Positions 45,619 to 53,809 of a DNA stretch of 58,747 nt are shown one piece after another. The first letter of the stretch is position 1. The number at the start of each line of letters is the position of its first letter. The translations under genes were made by a program, and so were the position numbers. Source of the stretch: Candidatus Bathyarchaeia archaeon (GTDB taxonomy: Archaea > Thermoproteota > Bathyarchaeia > Bathyarchaeales > Bathycorpusculaceae); the NCBI GenBank assembly GCA_049512935.1, contig JBEKWR010000013.1, positions 1-58,747 on the forward strand. The letters run 5' to 3'. Under the pieces are notes generated by a model. It saw only the letters and a program-made list of their open reading frames with translations. It searched no databases and was not told the DNA's origin.

Positions 45619-46920
45619 ATGCAAAAGCAATCTGCGCTTAAGGAAGGCAAGTCGGAAGTTTACGAGTCACGCGAGAACTGGCCGCCCTACACTTACAGGG
45701 ATTACCCAGACATCAAACCTGAAATGTACCACGCGTTCATGGAGTTCCTTGACACCGAAAACAAGTCAGGCAGGCTGATGGAGCTGCAGCCGTGGATATC
45801 GGTGTGCGACTCAAGATGCGCGTTTTGCTATTTTCCCACCACCGCCACGAGCAAAGTGAAGATTGAGCCGTACCTTGCGCTGCTCAAGAAAGAGCTCGAA
45901 ATGTACGCCAAGACTAAATATGTGAAGACCAGTTGTTTTGACGAGATCGTCTTGGGCGGGGGAACGCCCAGCGTTTTGACCGCTGAGCAGATGATTGACC
46001 TCATCGACTTCTGCAAGGCAAACTTCAACATAAACAAGGAGTACTTCATCAAAGTAACAGGCTCCTCAAAAACGCTCGCGCTAAACAAAATCGAAAAGCT
46101 CGCCAAGTACGGCGTCTACCAAGTGGACATGGGAGCGCAAACCTTCGACGACAAACTGCGGAAAAACCTTTGCCTCCCCGACAGCGCAGCAGATGTTGAA
46201 AAGGCAATTCGGCACGCCCGAAAACTCAACCTGTGCGTCTGCGTGGATCTCATGTACAATCTTCCAGGGCAAACCATGGAAAGCTGGATCGAGACCCTCA
46301 AGAAAACCATTGAGCTTGACGTGGAGGTTGACACTTACTCGTTGCACGTGGATCCGGGCACGGTGCTTGAAAAAATGATTAAAACAGGCGTTTCTCCACC
46401 CACAGGCGACCCAGAATACGAGAAACAAATGTACCTGACGGCGTACAACATGTTAACTGCCGCGGGTTACAAGGCGGTGGGTCACGACCGCTTCAGCAGG
46501 GTGGAGTGGCACATGCGCGAGAACTGCCTGAACGGTTGGCCATGGGGGGGCATACTCACCACGGGCGCAGGCTGCTTCATGGGTTACCTGCAACAGTTCA
46601 GTTACTCCAACATTGAAAACATAAACGATTACATGGCAACGGTGAAAGCTGAGAAACTGCCTATTAGCAGGCTTTCGGAATCCACGACTGAGGATATGAT
46701 GAGGCGAACGATGACGCGGCTTTACCTGCGGTTGCCAGTCAACAAAGCGGAGTTTATGCAGAAATTCGGCACCACGCCTGAGAAGGTTTTTCCGAAGCAA
46801 CTTCAAAAGCTGAAAGACAAGGGTTTGATCGAAATCAACGACAAAGAAATAAGGATAACGAAGTTGGGTGAGATTTGGAAAGGCAATATCGCTTGGGAAT
46901 TCGCGCCAAACCAAGCTTAA
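45619..46920 (+). CDS. HemN/HemW-like radical SAM protein
   Basis: CDSRCAFC, GGGTPS, GAQTFD, DLMYNLPGQT, and a HemN-like C-terminal region (L..KGLIE...ITKLG). Confidence 0.88.
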   Translation: MQKQSALKEGKSEVYESRENWPPYTYRDYPDIKPEMYHAFMEFLDTENKSGRLMELQPWISVCDSRCAFCYFPTTATSKVKIEPYLALLKKELEMYAKTKYVKTSCFDEIVLGGGTPSVLTAEQMIDLIDFCKANFNINKEYFIKVTGSSKTLALNKIEKLAKYGVYQVDMGAQTFDDKLRKNLCLPDSAADVEKAIRHARKLNLCVCVDLMYNLPGQTMESWIETLKKTIELDVEVDTYSLHVDPGTVLEKMIKTGVSPPTGDPEYEKQMYLTAYNMLTAAGYKAVGHDRFSRVEWHMRENCLNGWPWGGILTTGAGCFMGYLQQFSYSNIENINDYMATVKAEKLPISRLSESTTEDMMRRTMTRLYLRLPVNKAEFMQKFGTTPEKVFPKQLQKLKDKGLIEINDKEIRITKLGEIWKGNIAWEFAPNQA

Positions 46921-47023
46921 CCCATTTGGAATTCTTGTCTTAATCATTGAACAATTTTGTTGCCACTTTCGCTCTTGAGACTGGTTTTTCTCCTTTCAAC
47001 CAAGAAAACTACAGTTTGTATTT

Positions 47024-47043
47024 AAAAAAGAAAAGGAAAGGGG
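47024..47043 (-). terminator. Probable archaeal pyrimidine-rich terminator
   Basis: Minus strand CCCCTTTCCTTTTCTTTTTT immediately after the stop at 47047. Confidence 0.5.
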
Positions 47044-47046
47044 ATT

Positions 47047-47772
47047 TTATTGATGCCTCATCGGCTGCAGACCGTACCAAGTCATTACTTTGGCAATAAC
47101 TGGCACTATTATGCCCAAAGCAATGCCGGGAACGAAGGCCAATGTGAAGCCATACAAGACAGTTCCCGCTGTGTATCCTCCTGTCGATGTTTGCCAAGCT
47201 TGGTGAGCCATGAGTCGCGGTGTATACTTCATGATCGATCCAGTTCCGCCTGCAAAGTCAAGCGAATAATTGTAGTTCATGTAGAATTGGAGGAATGCCG
47301 TTATTACGCTAGCTGTTAAGCCTGCGCCTAACATTCGTTTGAAATTCGTTGATCCATTGTTCAATGCTCCAGCCATGTAGCCGATAATAACTCCGTTAAC
47401 GAGCCAAGTGAGCATACTCAGGTCGCCGTAAAAGTTGTGGTAGGGTACAGTCGATCCAAGATAAGCATATGCACCATTATAATATCCTGCGCTGGCAACG
47501 TAATAGATGCCGCCCATAATGAAACCAGCCGCGCCTCCAGCCCATTTATTCCATAGCAAGCCTAGCACTAGTGGTACGCCGAGAATAATCATTTGAGCAA
47601 AACCTTGACTTAAGATGACACTAATTGTGGTGGCCAAAAAGGACGTCCCTAAGATCATTTTGTTTCCGCCGGGGTTTAGATAGATTGCTAATAGGAAGAT
47701 TAGCAAGAATAAGATTAGCGGTATGATTACGGCATAGAATATGTCAGCTAGTTTAAATTTTGGTGTTTCCAA
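47047..47772 (-). CDS. Multi-pass membrane protein, possibly ECF S-component-like
   Basis: About 6 TM; LGLLWNKWAGGAAGFIMG and GVIIGYMAGAL small-residue helices. Confidence 0.6.
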   Translation of the reverse strand: METPKFKLADIFYAVIIPLILFLLIFLLAIYLNPGGNKMILGTSFLATTISVILSQGFAQMIILGVPLVLGLLWNKWAGGAAGFIMGGIYYVASAGYYNGAYAYLGSTVPYHNFYGDLSMLTWLVNGVIIGYMAGALNNGSTNFKRMLGAGLTASVITAFLQFYMNYNYSLDFAGGTGSIMKYTPRLMAHQAWQTSTGGYTAGTVLYGFTLAFVPGIALGIIVPVIAKVMTWYGLQPMRHQ

Positions 47773-47955
47773 TTTTTATCCCTTGACTTATTTACGTTGT
47801 GGCATGTTTATAAGCTTAATGCTTGGAAGCTTGACATGTAAGAACGCTATATACCGAATATCAATTTAAGATCGGGAAAGTGAAAATAAGCGTTGGAAAC
47901 GGGTTAGGTTTTAGGGAAAAAAGTAAAAATAAAGAAAAGGTTAAGGAAATGGGTT

Positions 47956-49341
47956 TTATTGTTGCTGTCGCAACATCCCTTTTGCCATTAGCACCGATTT
48001 TCTTAGGTCGATTCTTGCTGGGCAAACATAGGTGCAGTGACCGCAGCCTGTGCAGTAATCAGCGTTAAGTTTGATCATGGCGTCGAAGTTCATTTTGTCA
48101 AATGCTTGCTTAATCAGGATTGGGCTGAGGTTGTGGCAGCACACACGCATACAAGCGCCGCATCTCATGCACTGGTATTCTTTGACCTTTTCAGGGGCGA
48201 ATGCTTGAGCTTTAGGCAGTTTAGGTTCCTTAGATTCGGTGGTTGGTTTGAGTCTTCCGACCTTGTCAAGTGCAGGCACTGTTAAGTTCATAATCACTAG
48301 CGCGACGAACGAGGCTCCGAAGAACTGGAAGTACGTGATCATCAGTACCGTCAGTATTGCCGTGCCAACTCCGAAGATTATCTGTCCCATGTACGTAAGC
48401 GGGGTTGTTGCAGGATCTGTCGCCATAAAGAACGCTAAGAATATCGAGCTTCCAATGAACAGCAGGAAGAGCAGTCGAACCAGATAGTCTGTGTCGCCGT
48501 ACGCAGCAGAAAAGATTATTGACATTATCGCAACGGTTACTATGTAGCTGCCTGTTATTCTCCATTTAATGTAGTTGCGTGCCACGATAAAGAAGGCGAT
48601 GCCGACCACAATAACTGCGATTGTTGATGCGCCGCCTGGCCACCCGTGGAATTTGTCCAGAAGCATCGCTGAAAGCAAATTGTTAGTTGTTGCTGCAGGA
48701 GCCGCATGGCTGGCGTTTGAGAAGCAACTGATTACGTAGGAACCAAATCCAGCAGATTCGCCGGCCTTCCCCGGATAACCGTTGGTTCCAACGACGCTGG
48801 CTAAGCCGATTGGACCTGAAAGCGAAGGCACTTCGAGCAGAGAGCTTTTCAAGTGGTCAATTGCGATTAGTAACGTGCCAATGAAAGGTATCATGACAAC
48901 AACTTTTGCCGCTGCGGCAGGGTTGACGTATTTTCTGCCTGAAAGACCTACAAGCTTCTTGAAAACAATCAAGCCTATTAGACTCATCCCGGCGACAAAC
49001 GCGAAGCACTGGGGTGCCTCCAGAGGGAACAGCTCAACTGTACGCATGACGGGAACGCCGAGCGTGTAGCAGTCTGTAACGATTAAGCCGAAAACAGCAG
49101 CCGACATCAGGTTAAGTGGACTATCAACCGCAACTTTGTGTAGAAGAGCGTCAAGCCCTACTGCGATACCGACAGAGATTATTGCGTTAATGGCTAATGT
49201 AAGCCCCAAATTCCAGCCTGAGGGGGTTTTCTCTTGTGACCAGATAGCAGCCGTGACGATTGTGAGAATAAGCAAAGAAAAGAATGTGTAAGTCATTAGT
49301 TTGTCTTTAGTCATCCATGAATATTCCTTAGGTTTAGACAT
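47956..49341 (-). CDS. RnfD/NqrB-like membrane protein fused to a 2x[4Fe-4S] RnfC-like ferredoxin domain
   Basis: SAAVFGLI, KKLVGLSGRKYVNPA, AFFMATDPATTP, FVALVIMNLTVPALD; C-terminal CMRCGACMRVC and CTGCGHCTYVCP. Confidence 0.88.
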   Translation of the reverse strand: MSKPKEYSWMTKDKLMTYTFFSLLILTIVTAAIWSQEKTPSGWNLGLTLAINAIISVGIAVGLDALLHKVAVDSPLNLMSAAVFGLIVTDCYTLGVPVMRTVELFPLEAPQCFAFVAGMSLIGLIVFKKLVGLSGRKYVNPAAAAKVVVMIPFIGTLLIAIDHLKSSLLEVPSLSGPIGLASVVGTNGYPGKAGESAGFGSYVISCFSNASHAAPAATTNNLLSAMLLDKFHGWPGGASTIAVIVVGIAFFIVARNYIKWRITGSYIVTVAIMSIIFSAAYGDTDYLVRLLFLLFIGSSIFLAFFMATDPATTPLTYMGQIIFGVGTAILTVLMITYFQFFGASFVALVIMNLTVPALDKVGRLKPTTESKEPKLPKAQAFAPEKVKEYQCMRCGACMRVCCHNLSPILIKQAFDKMNFDAMIKLNADYCTGCGHCTYVCPARIDLRKSVLMAKGMLRQQQ

Positions 49342-49616
49342 TATTTTTCACTTTCTCCTTGATTTCTCAGTTCAATTTAGCGCTAGTTAGTTTAATAAGA
49401 CTTTCCCATAAGACAATGAAAGCGCCATATTTTTACAAGAAAAAAAGAAGTGAGAGAATACGATTTTTGATCGATTCAAGCGTTGGTCGAGAAAAATCAG
49501 GGACAAAAAGGATCAGAGACTTTTCCAGCGGGTAAAAAAGACTGCAAAAAGACACTTGCTTTTGAATAAAGCTAATACGGGTAAACCTGCACTTTCATCT
49601 TATTCAGGGACTAACC

Positions 49617-50168
49617 ATGGCTAAGGACAATAACGACGAGTTGGAAGGCATAACTCTAGACGTGTACTTGCACGTTCTGAAGAAAGGCAAACCCGTCGGT
49701 CCGCGCGAAGTAATGAAAGAAGCCAATCTTAGCAGTCCCAGCGTGGCGTATAGGCACCTGCAAAGGCTCGAAGACCTTGGATATTTGCAAAAAAACGAGT
49801 ACGGAGAGTACGTAACAAAAAACAAAGCCCACGTTTCAGGGTATGTTTGGATAGGCAACCGCTTAATGCCTAAAATGTGGCGTTACTCCATCATTTTCCT
49901 TGCCATTCTGGCACTTGAAGCCATAGTTTTGTACATCCATTACGAAGTTGAAACTTACGAATTCAAAGTCTTCTTCTTGCTGTTAATCCTTATAACAGGG
50001 TTCGCACTGGCAGTTTTCACCGTCGAGGGGCTTCTTCAAATTAGGCAAAGACGCATCAGATACAAACATCCAAAAATCAGCCTCGGAAACGATCACGATT
50101 CAAAAACAGAAAAGGAAGACCGCGATGGCGCAACGGCTAGATTGCTCCTGCAACCTTTTGCAATCTAA
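49617..50168 (+). CDS. Winged-helix DNA-binding protein with two C-terminal TM helices
   Basis: VGPREVMKEANLSSPSVAYRHLQRLEDLGYLQKNEYGEY followed by hydrophobic segments. Confidence 0.8.
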   Translation: MAKDNNDELEGITLDVYLHVLKKGKPVGPREVMKEANLSSPSVAYRHLQRLEDLGYLQKNEYGEYVTKNKAHVSGYVWIGNRLMPKMWRYSIIFLAILALEAIVLYIHYEVETYEFKVFFLLLILITGFALAVFTVEGLLQIRQRRIRYKHPKISLGNDHDSKTEKEDRDGATARLLLQPFAI

Positions 50169-50236
50169 ACAAAAATGAGTTTTAGGAGTAAGTTTTATAT
50201 CGTATCGGCGAATCTATTTCCACTCGGGAATATCTG

Positions 50237-51316
50237 ATGGCTTCATCTAAGTCACCATTATACATGGTCGTTTGGCGCTGTACAAGAAACTGCGTCGGCA
50301 ACTGCATGTACTGCAGCTACACTAAAGACTACGCTGCCGACACCGAACTTGACACCGAAGGCGCCAAAAAAATGGTTGACGAAATTCACGATTTCGGCTC
50401 GCCGTGGTTTGGCATCAGCGGCGGAGAACCTTTGGTTCGAAAGGACATTTTTGACGTTATCGCCTATGCTGAAGAAAAATATGACATGAAAGTTAGCCTA
50501 ATAACAAGCGGCTTTGCGTGGGACGAAGAACGATACGATATGCTTAGGAAGTACAATGTTCACACAGCCATCAGTCTTGATGGAAACAAAGAATCGAATG
50601 AAATTATTCGTCGTAAAGGCAGCTATGACAAAGCAGTACACGCAATGAAGAAACTTTCTGAAGTTGGATTACTTGACTGCATAGTCACAACCATGACCAA
50701 ATACAACATCAAACACATGGCACATCCCGCGGCGCTCGCAGAGGAATACAAGGCGCGCATGGTGGTTTACCACAATCTAGTTCCCGTCGGCAGAGCAGGA
50801 AGCAACATGCCAGATTTAGCTCCAACGCCTGAACAGTACGAGGAAGCTTTCGACGAGATTTATGATATTCAACGAAAATTGTACGGCAAAGTTAAAGTCA
50901 ATGTTTACTCGCCTTTCTACGCCAGAATCGTACGCCAGAAAAACCCAGTTGACTTCTGGGATTGGTACCATGAAGGCTACCTTGGCAGATGCACCATCGG
51001 CGGCAACTACATTGGCATAACCGAAAACGGCGACTACCGAAGCTGCGGTTTCCACGAAGGGTACCGCTTAGGCAACGTCAAAGACAAGAAACTGACGAAC
51101 GTTTGGAATGACCTGCAAAAAAGCGAACTTCACCTCAAGCTGAGAGACAAAAGCAACATCAAAGGCAGATGCGGAATCTGCGAGTACCGAGAAATCTGCG
51201 GCGGATGCAGAACACGCGCTGAATACTACACGGGCGACCTGTTCGAATCAGACCCAGCCTGCAAATACATACCTAAAGTTCTACAAGAAGACCCGAACTA
51301 CTTCAAAAAACAGTAA
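50237..51316 (+). CDS. Radical SAM/SPASM protein (paralog of 40555-41640)
   Basis: CVGNCMYC, GGEP, YHNLVPVGR, CGICEYREICGGCRTRA...ESDPAC. Confidence 0.9.
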   Translation: MASSKSPLYMVVWRCTRNCVGNCMYCSYTKDYAADTELDTEGAKKMVDEIHDFGSPWFGISGGEPLVRKDIFDVIAYAEEKYDMKVSLITSGFAWDEERYDMLRKYNVHTAISLDGNKESNEIIRRKGSYDKAVHAMKKLSEVGLLDCIVTTMTKYNIKHMAHPAALAEEYKARMVVYHNLVPVGRAGSNMPDLAPTPEQYEEAFDEIYDIQRKLYGKVKVNVYSPFYARIVRQKNPVDFWDWYHEGYLGRCTIGGNYIGITENGDYRSCGFHEGYRLGNVKDKKLTNVWNDLQKSELHLKLRDKSNIKGRCGICEYREICGGCRTRAEYYTGDLFESDPACKYIPKVLQEDPNYFKKQ

Positions 51317-51395
51317 AACACCTGCCCCTCTTCTTTTCTGTTTAATCTAATCGATTAGCGCACAAAACTGTCTAAGCGCCGGAGTTTTCTAACTG

Positions 51396-53801
51396 CTAAG
51401 TCTGGTTGTAATTGCTCAAGACTTTAAAGATCACGTATCGGTCGTTCGAGTAGATCTGCTGCAGGAATTTGCATCGCGAGATGTTAGGGTCAAGCTGGTT
51501 CTTGTCGTAAACGATGAATCCTATGTTGTTTTCTGCGATGTAATCTTTGAAGTCTCGGGTCGACACTGTGAACTGACCTGGATTGTAGCTGAGGAGGCTT
51601 TCAAGAATGTTTGGCTGCAACGTTGGAAAATTGTTTTTTGACAGGCAAAGAACTTGGTACTGCCGTGTAACTGTCTGGTTGGCGTTGATTTCGCTAAATT
51701 GGTATTCAAACCTCACGGCATCTATTTGCCTGTTTGCCAAGGCACCGATGTTTCCCCAATCAGGCAAATCTGTAAAGTTAAGCGCGTAACCAATTTGATT
51801 CTTATCATCGTAAACACCGATATACTTGTCCGTCAACGCTGAACCTGAAAAACTGACGGCTGCCCATAGTGTTCCGTCAGTGGTTTTCGAAGGCATGTCC
51901 CAAGGGTTAGCCCAGTTCGTGAATTGAGGTATCTGCGCCTTATCAAAATCAAACTGCCCGTCAAAATAGTTAGTTATGTAGAGGGTGACGTTCGATATGC
52001 CGCTGGTTAAGGGGGACAGACCCCAAGAAACGTTGGTTGCATAACTGTCGTTTTGAACAAGCAGCGTCTCTGTTAATGCCACATAATTATTTGAGAACAC
52101 AGTTTCTAACTGGGTGGAACTACTATTGTCGTTGAAGTTTGTGTCTCGCGCTAAGTCGGAAAGGGGAAAGTCGTAGTACGTGCCATTTTGAGTGAATGAG
52201 ACAAAATCCCCCGCTGTCGAAGAATAGGACACCCGATACCAAACTTGATTAATAGAAACATAATTCTCTTCGCTGATATCTCCATATGCGTCGTAAACTT
52301 TCAACAAGTTTTGAGGAGTCTGAATTTGATAAGACAGACTTAAAACTGACCCGGCAATGTCGTTCGTGTTCACCGTCGCCGCAGTTTCCGCAATAACGTT
52401 TTTGCCGGAAAAAGCAGAGAACCAAAAACCAGGAACCTCTGTATCAACTACCGTGGCGTTATTCGGGTAGTTTTGCTTAAGCCAAACGCCCGCGTCATAC
52501 GCCTTGATGTCGGTTGTCGAATAGAAAACGCTGGCTTGTAATATCTTCCCGTAAACTACGTCCGAACGGAAAACGAGCACAACAACCATCAACACAACAA
52601 GAGAAACCGTCAGTATCTTGAGCCAGTTTTTGCGAACGGGGTCAATCAGGCGACGCCTAAGAGCGGCTTGAAAGCCGCCGAGAAACTTGTATCCATGAAC
52701 TCCAAATGCTCCAGACTGGAGAGGGACCCCGTATGCAATGGTTTTTTGTCTATTTTTTGCGTAATATGACAGAAACTTTTCTTCAAAAAACACGACGGAA
52801 ACAGCAGCGAAGATAGCCAGCGGAGGCGTCAAGTAATACATAAACCATTGGAAAGGCATGAAGAAACCAAAAAGATAAGACTCGGCGAAGAAAAGCGGAA
52901 CAAAGAAACTGAGCATCAATATCACATATGAAATTAACTTCTGTTCTTTTCTCAGTAAAAAGTATGAGATAGCAATACCTGCCACGCCTAAGAAGAAGAT
53001 GAAGCCGAAATTGTACATGAAAGCGTTAAAGCTGACGTACGGAATCTGGTAAGCGTAGGTTTTCACGGCAAAAAACACGTATTCAACGACAAGCCCGATG
53101 TAGCCAATCATGGCTTGGAAATAGTAGAGGAAGAAAGCTATGCCGCCGCCCAGAATCAACGCCACTACGACTTTAAGGTAGGCACCTTTAGATTTTACAA
53201 GCATGTAAAGCAGGATCGGCGGCAGCATTATAACGGCTAAGAAAGCAGCAAGCTGATGGGACAAAACAACTGCAAAAGCCGCAAGAAAAGTAACCACGAG
53301 GTAACCGAACTGCTCTATTGCCTTTGTTAAGTAAAGAAGCAGAAAAACGATAAACGTTATACCCAGCACCGTAGTGTAGCCGCCAAACTGGTTAGCTTCA
53401 TACACTGGAAAACACATCAGCAACAAAACAACACTCACAGCCCCAACTTTCTTGCTAAAAAACCTGCTAGCAATCAAATAAACACCCATGAAAAGCAGCC
53501 AATCAACAATTGCCGCCAAAGCTTTCACTAAAAAAATCATCTGCCCCACACCCGTTGCGCCGCTAAAAGAAATCAGCATCGCAAGCAAAAGCTCGTAAAG
53601 AGGCGGCGTCCAACCCAAGTTAGCCAAGGGAATGTTACCAGTCTGCAGGAAAATCTGGGCTTTAACTAAGTGAACGGCCGGATCATTCCCAAGCACTACA
53701 CCATTCATGGATATGACGGTGTAGAAGATGAGCAAGACAAGCACAGAGAAAACAGTGAGGAAACCGATTTCAAGCTGCCTTTCTCTAAGTTTACTCATCA
53801 A
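51396..53801 (-). CDS. Polytopic membrane protein, GT-C-type glycosyltransferase-like
   Basis: GNDPAVH in the first loop, WTPPLY, more than 10 TMs, then a soluble domain starting AGVWLKQNYP...GFWF. Confidence 0.7.
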   Translation of the reverse strand: MMSKLRERQLEIGFLTVFSVLVLLIFYTVISMNGVVLGNDPAVHLVKAQIFLQTGNIPLANLGWTPPLYELLLAMLISFSGATGVGQMIFLVKALAAIVDWLLFMGVYLIASRFFSKKVGAVSVVLLLMCFPVYEANQFGGYTTVLGITFIVFLLLYLTKAIEQFGYLVVTFLAAFAVVLSHQLAAFLAVIMLPPILLYMLVKSKGAYLKVVVALILGGGIAFFLYYFQAMIGYIGLVVEYVFFAVKTYAYQIPYVSFNAFMYNFGFIFFLGVAGIAISYFLLRKEQKLISYVILMLSFFVPLFFAESYLFGFFMPFQWFMYYLTPPLAIFAAVSVVFFEEKFLSYYAKNRQKTIAYGVPLQSGAFGVHGYKFLGGFQAALRRRLIDPVRKNWLKILTVSLVVLMVVVLVFRSDVVYGKILQASVFYSTTDIKAYDAGVWLKQNYPNNATVVDTEVPGFWFSAFSGKNVIAETAATVNTNDIAGSVLSLSYQIQTPQNLLKVYDAYGDISEENYVSINQVWYRVSYSSTAGDFVSFTQNGTYYDFPLSDLARDTNFNDNSSSTQLETVFSNNYVALTETLLVQNDSYATNVSWGLSPLTSGISNVTLYITNYFDGQFDFDKAQIPQFTNWANPWDMPSKTTDGTLWAAVSFSGSALTDKYIGVYDDKNQIGYALNFTDLPDWGNIGALANRQIDAVRFEYQFSEINANQTVTRQYQVLCLSKNNFPTLQPNILESLLSYNPGQFTVSTRDFKDYIAENNIGFIVYDKNQLDPNISRCKFLQQIYSNDRYVIFKVLSNYNQT
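52638..52730. mobile_element. 93-bp in-frame hairpin-rich element with terminal inverted repeats (MITE-like or intron-like)
   Basis: ACGGGGTC (52636-52643) and GACCCCGT (52725-52732) form a perfect inverted repeat; three internal inverted repeats. Confidence 0.4.
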
Positions 53802-53809
53802 GGAGTTAC

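Noticed and set aside
47047-49341. Complete Rnf or Nqr complex
   Set aside because: Only an RnfD-like fusion is present; the neighbouring membrane protein lacks RnfA/RnfE motifs.
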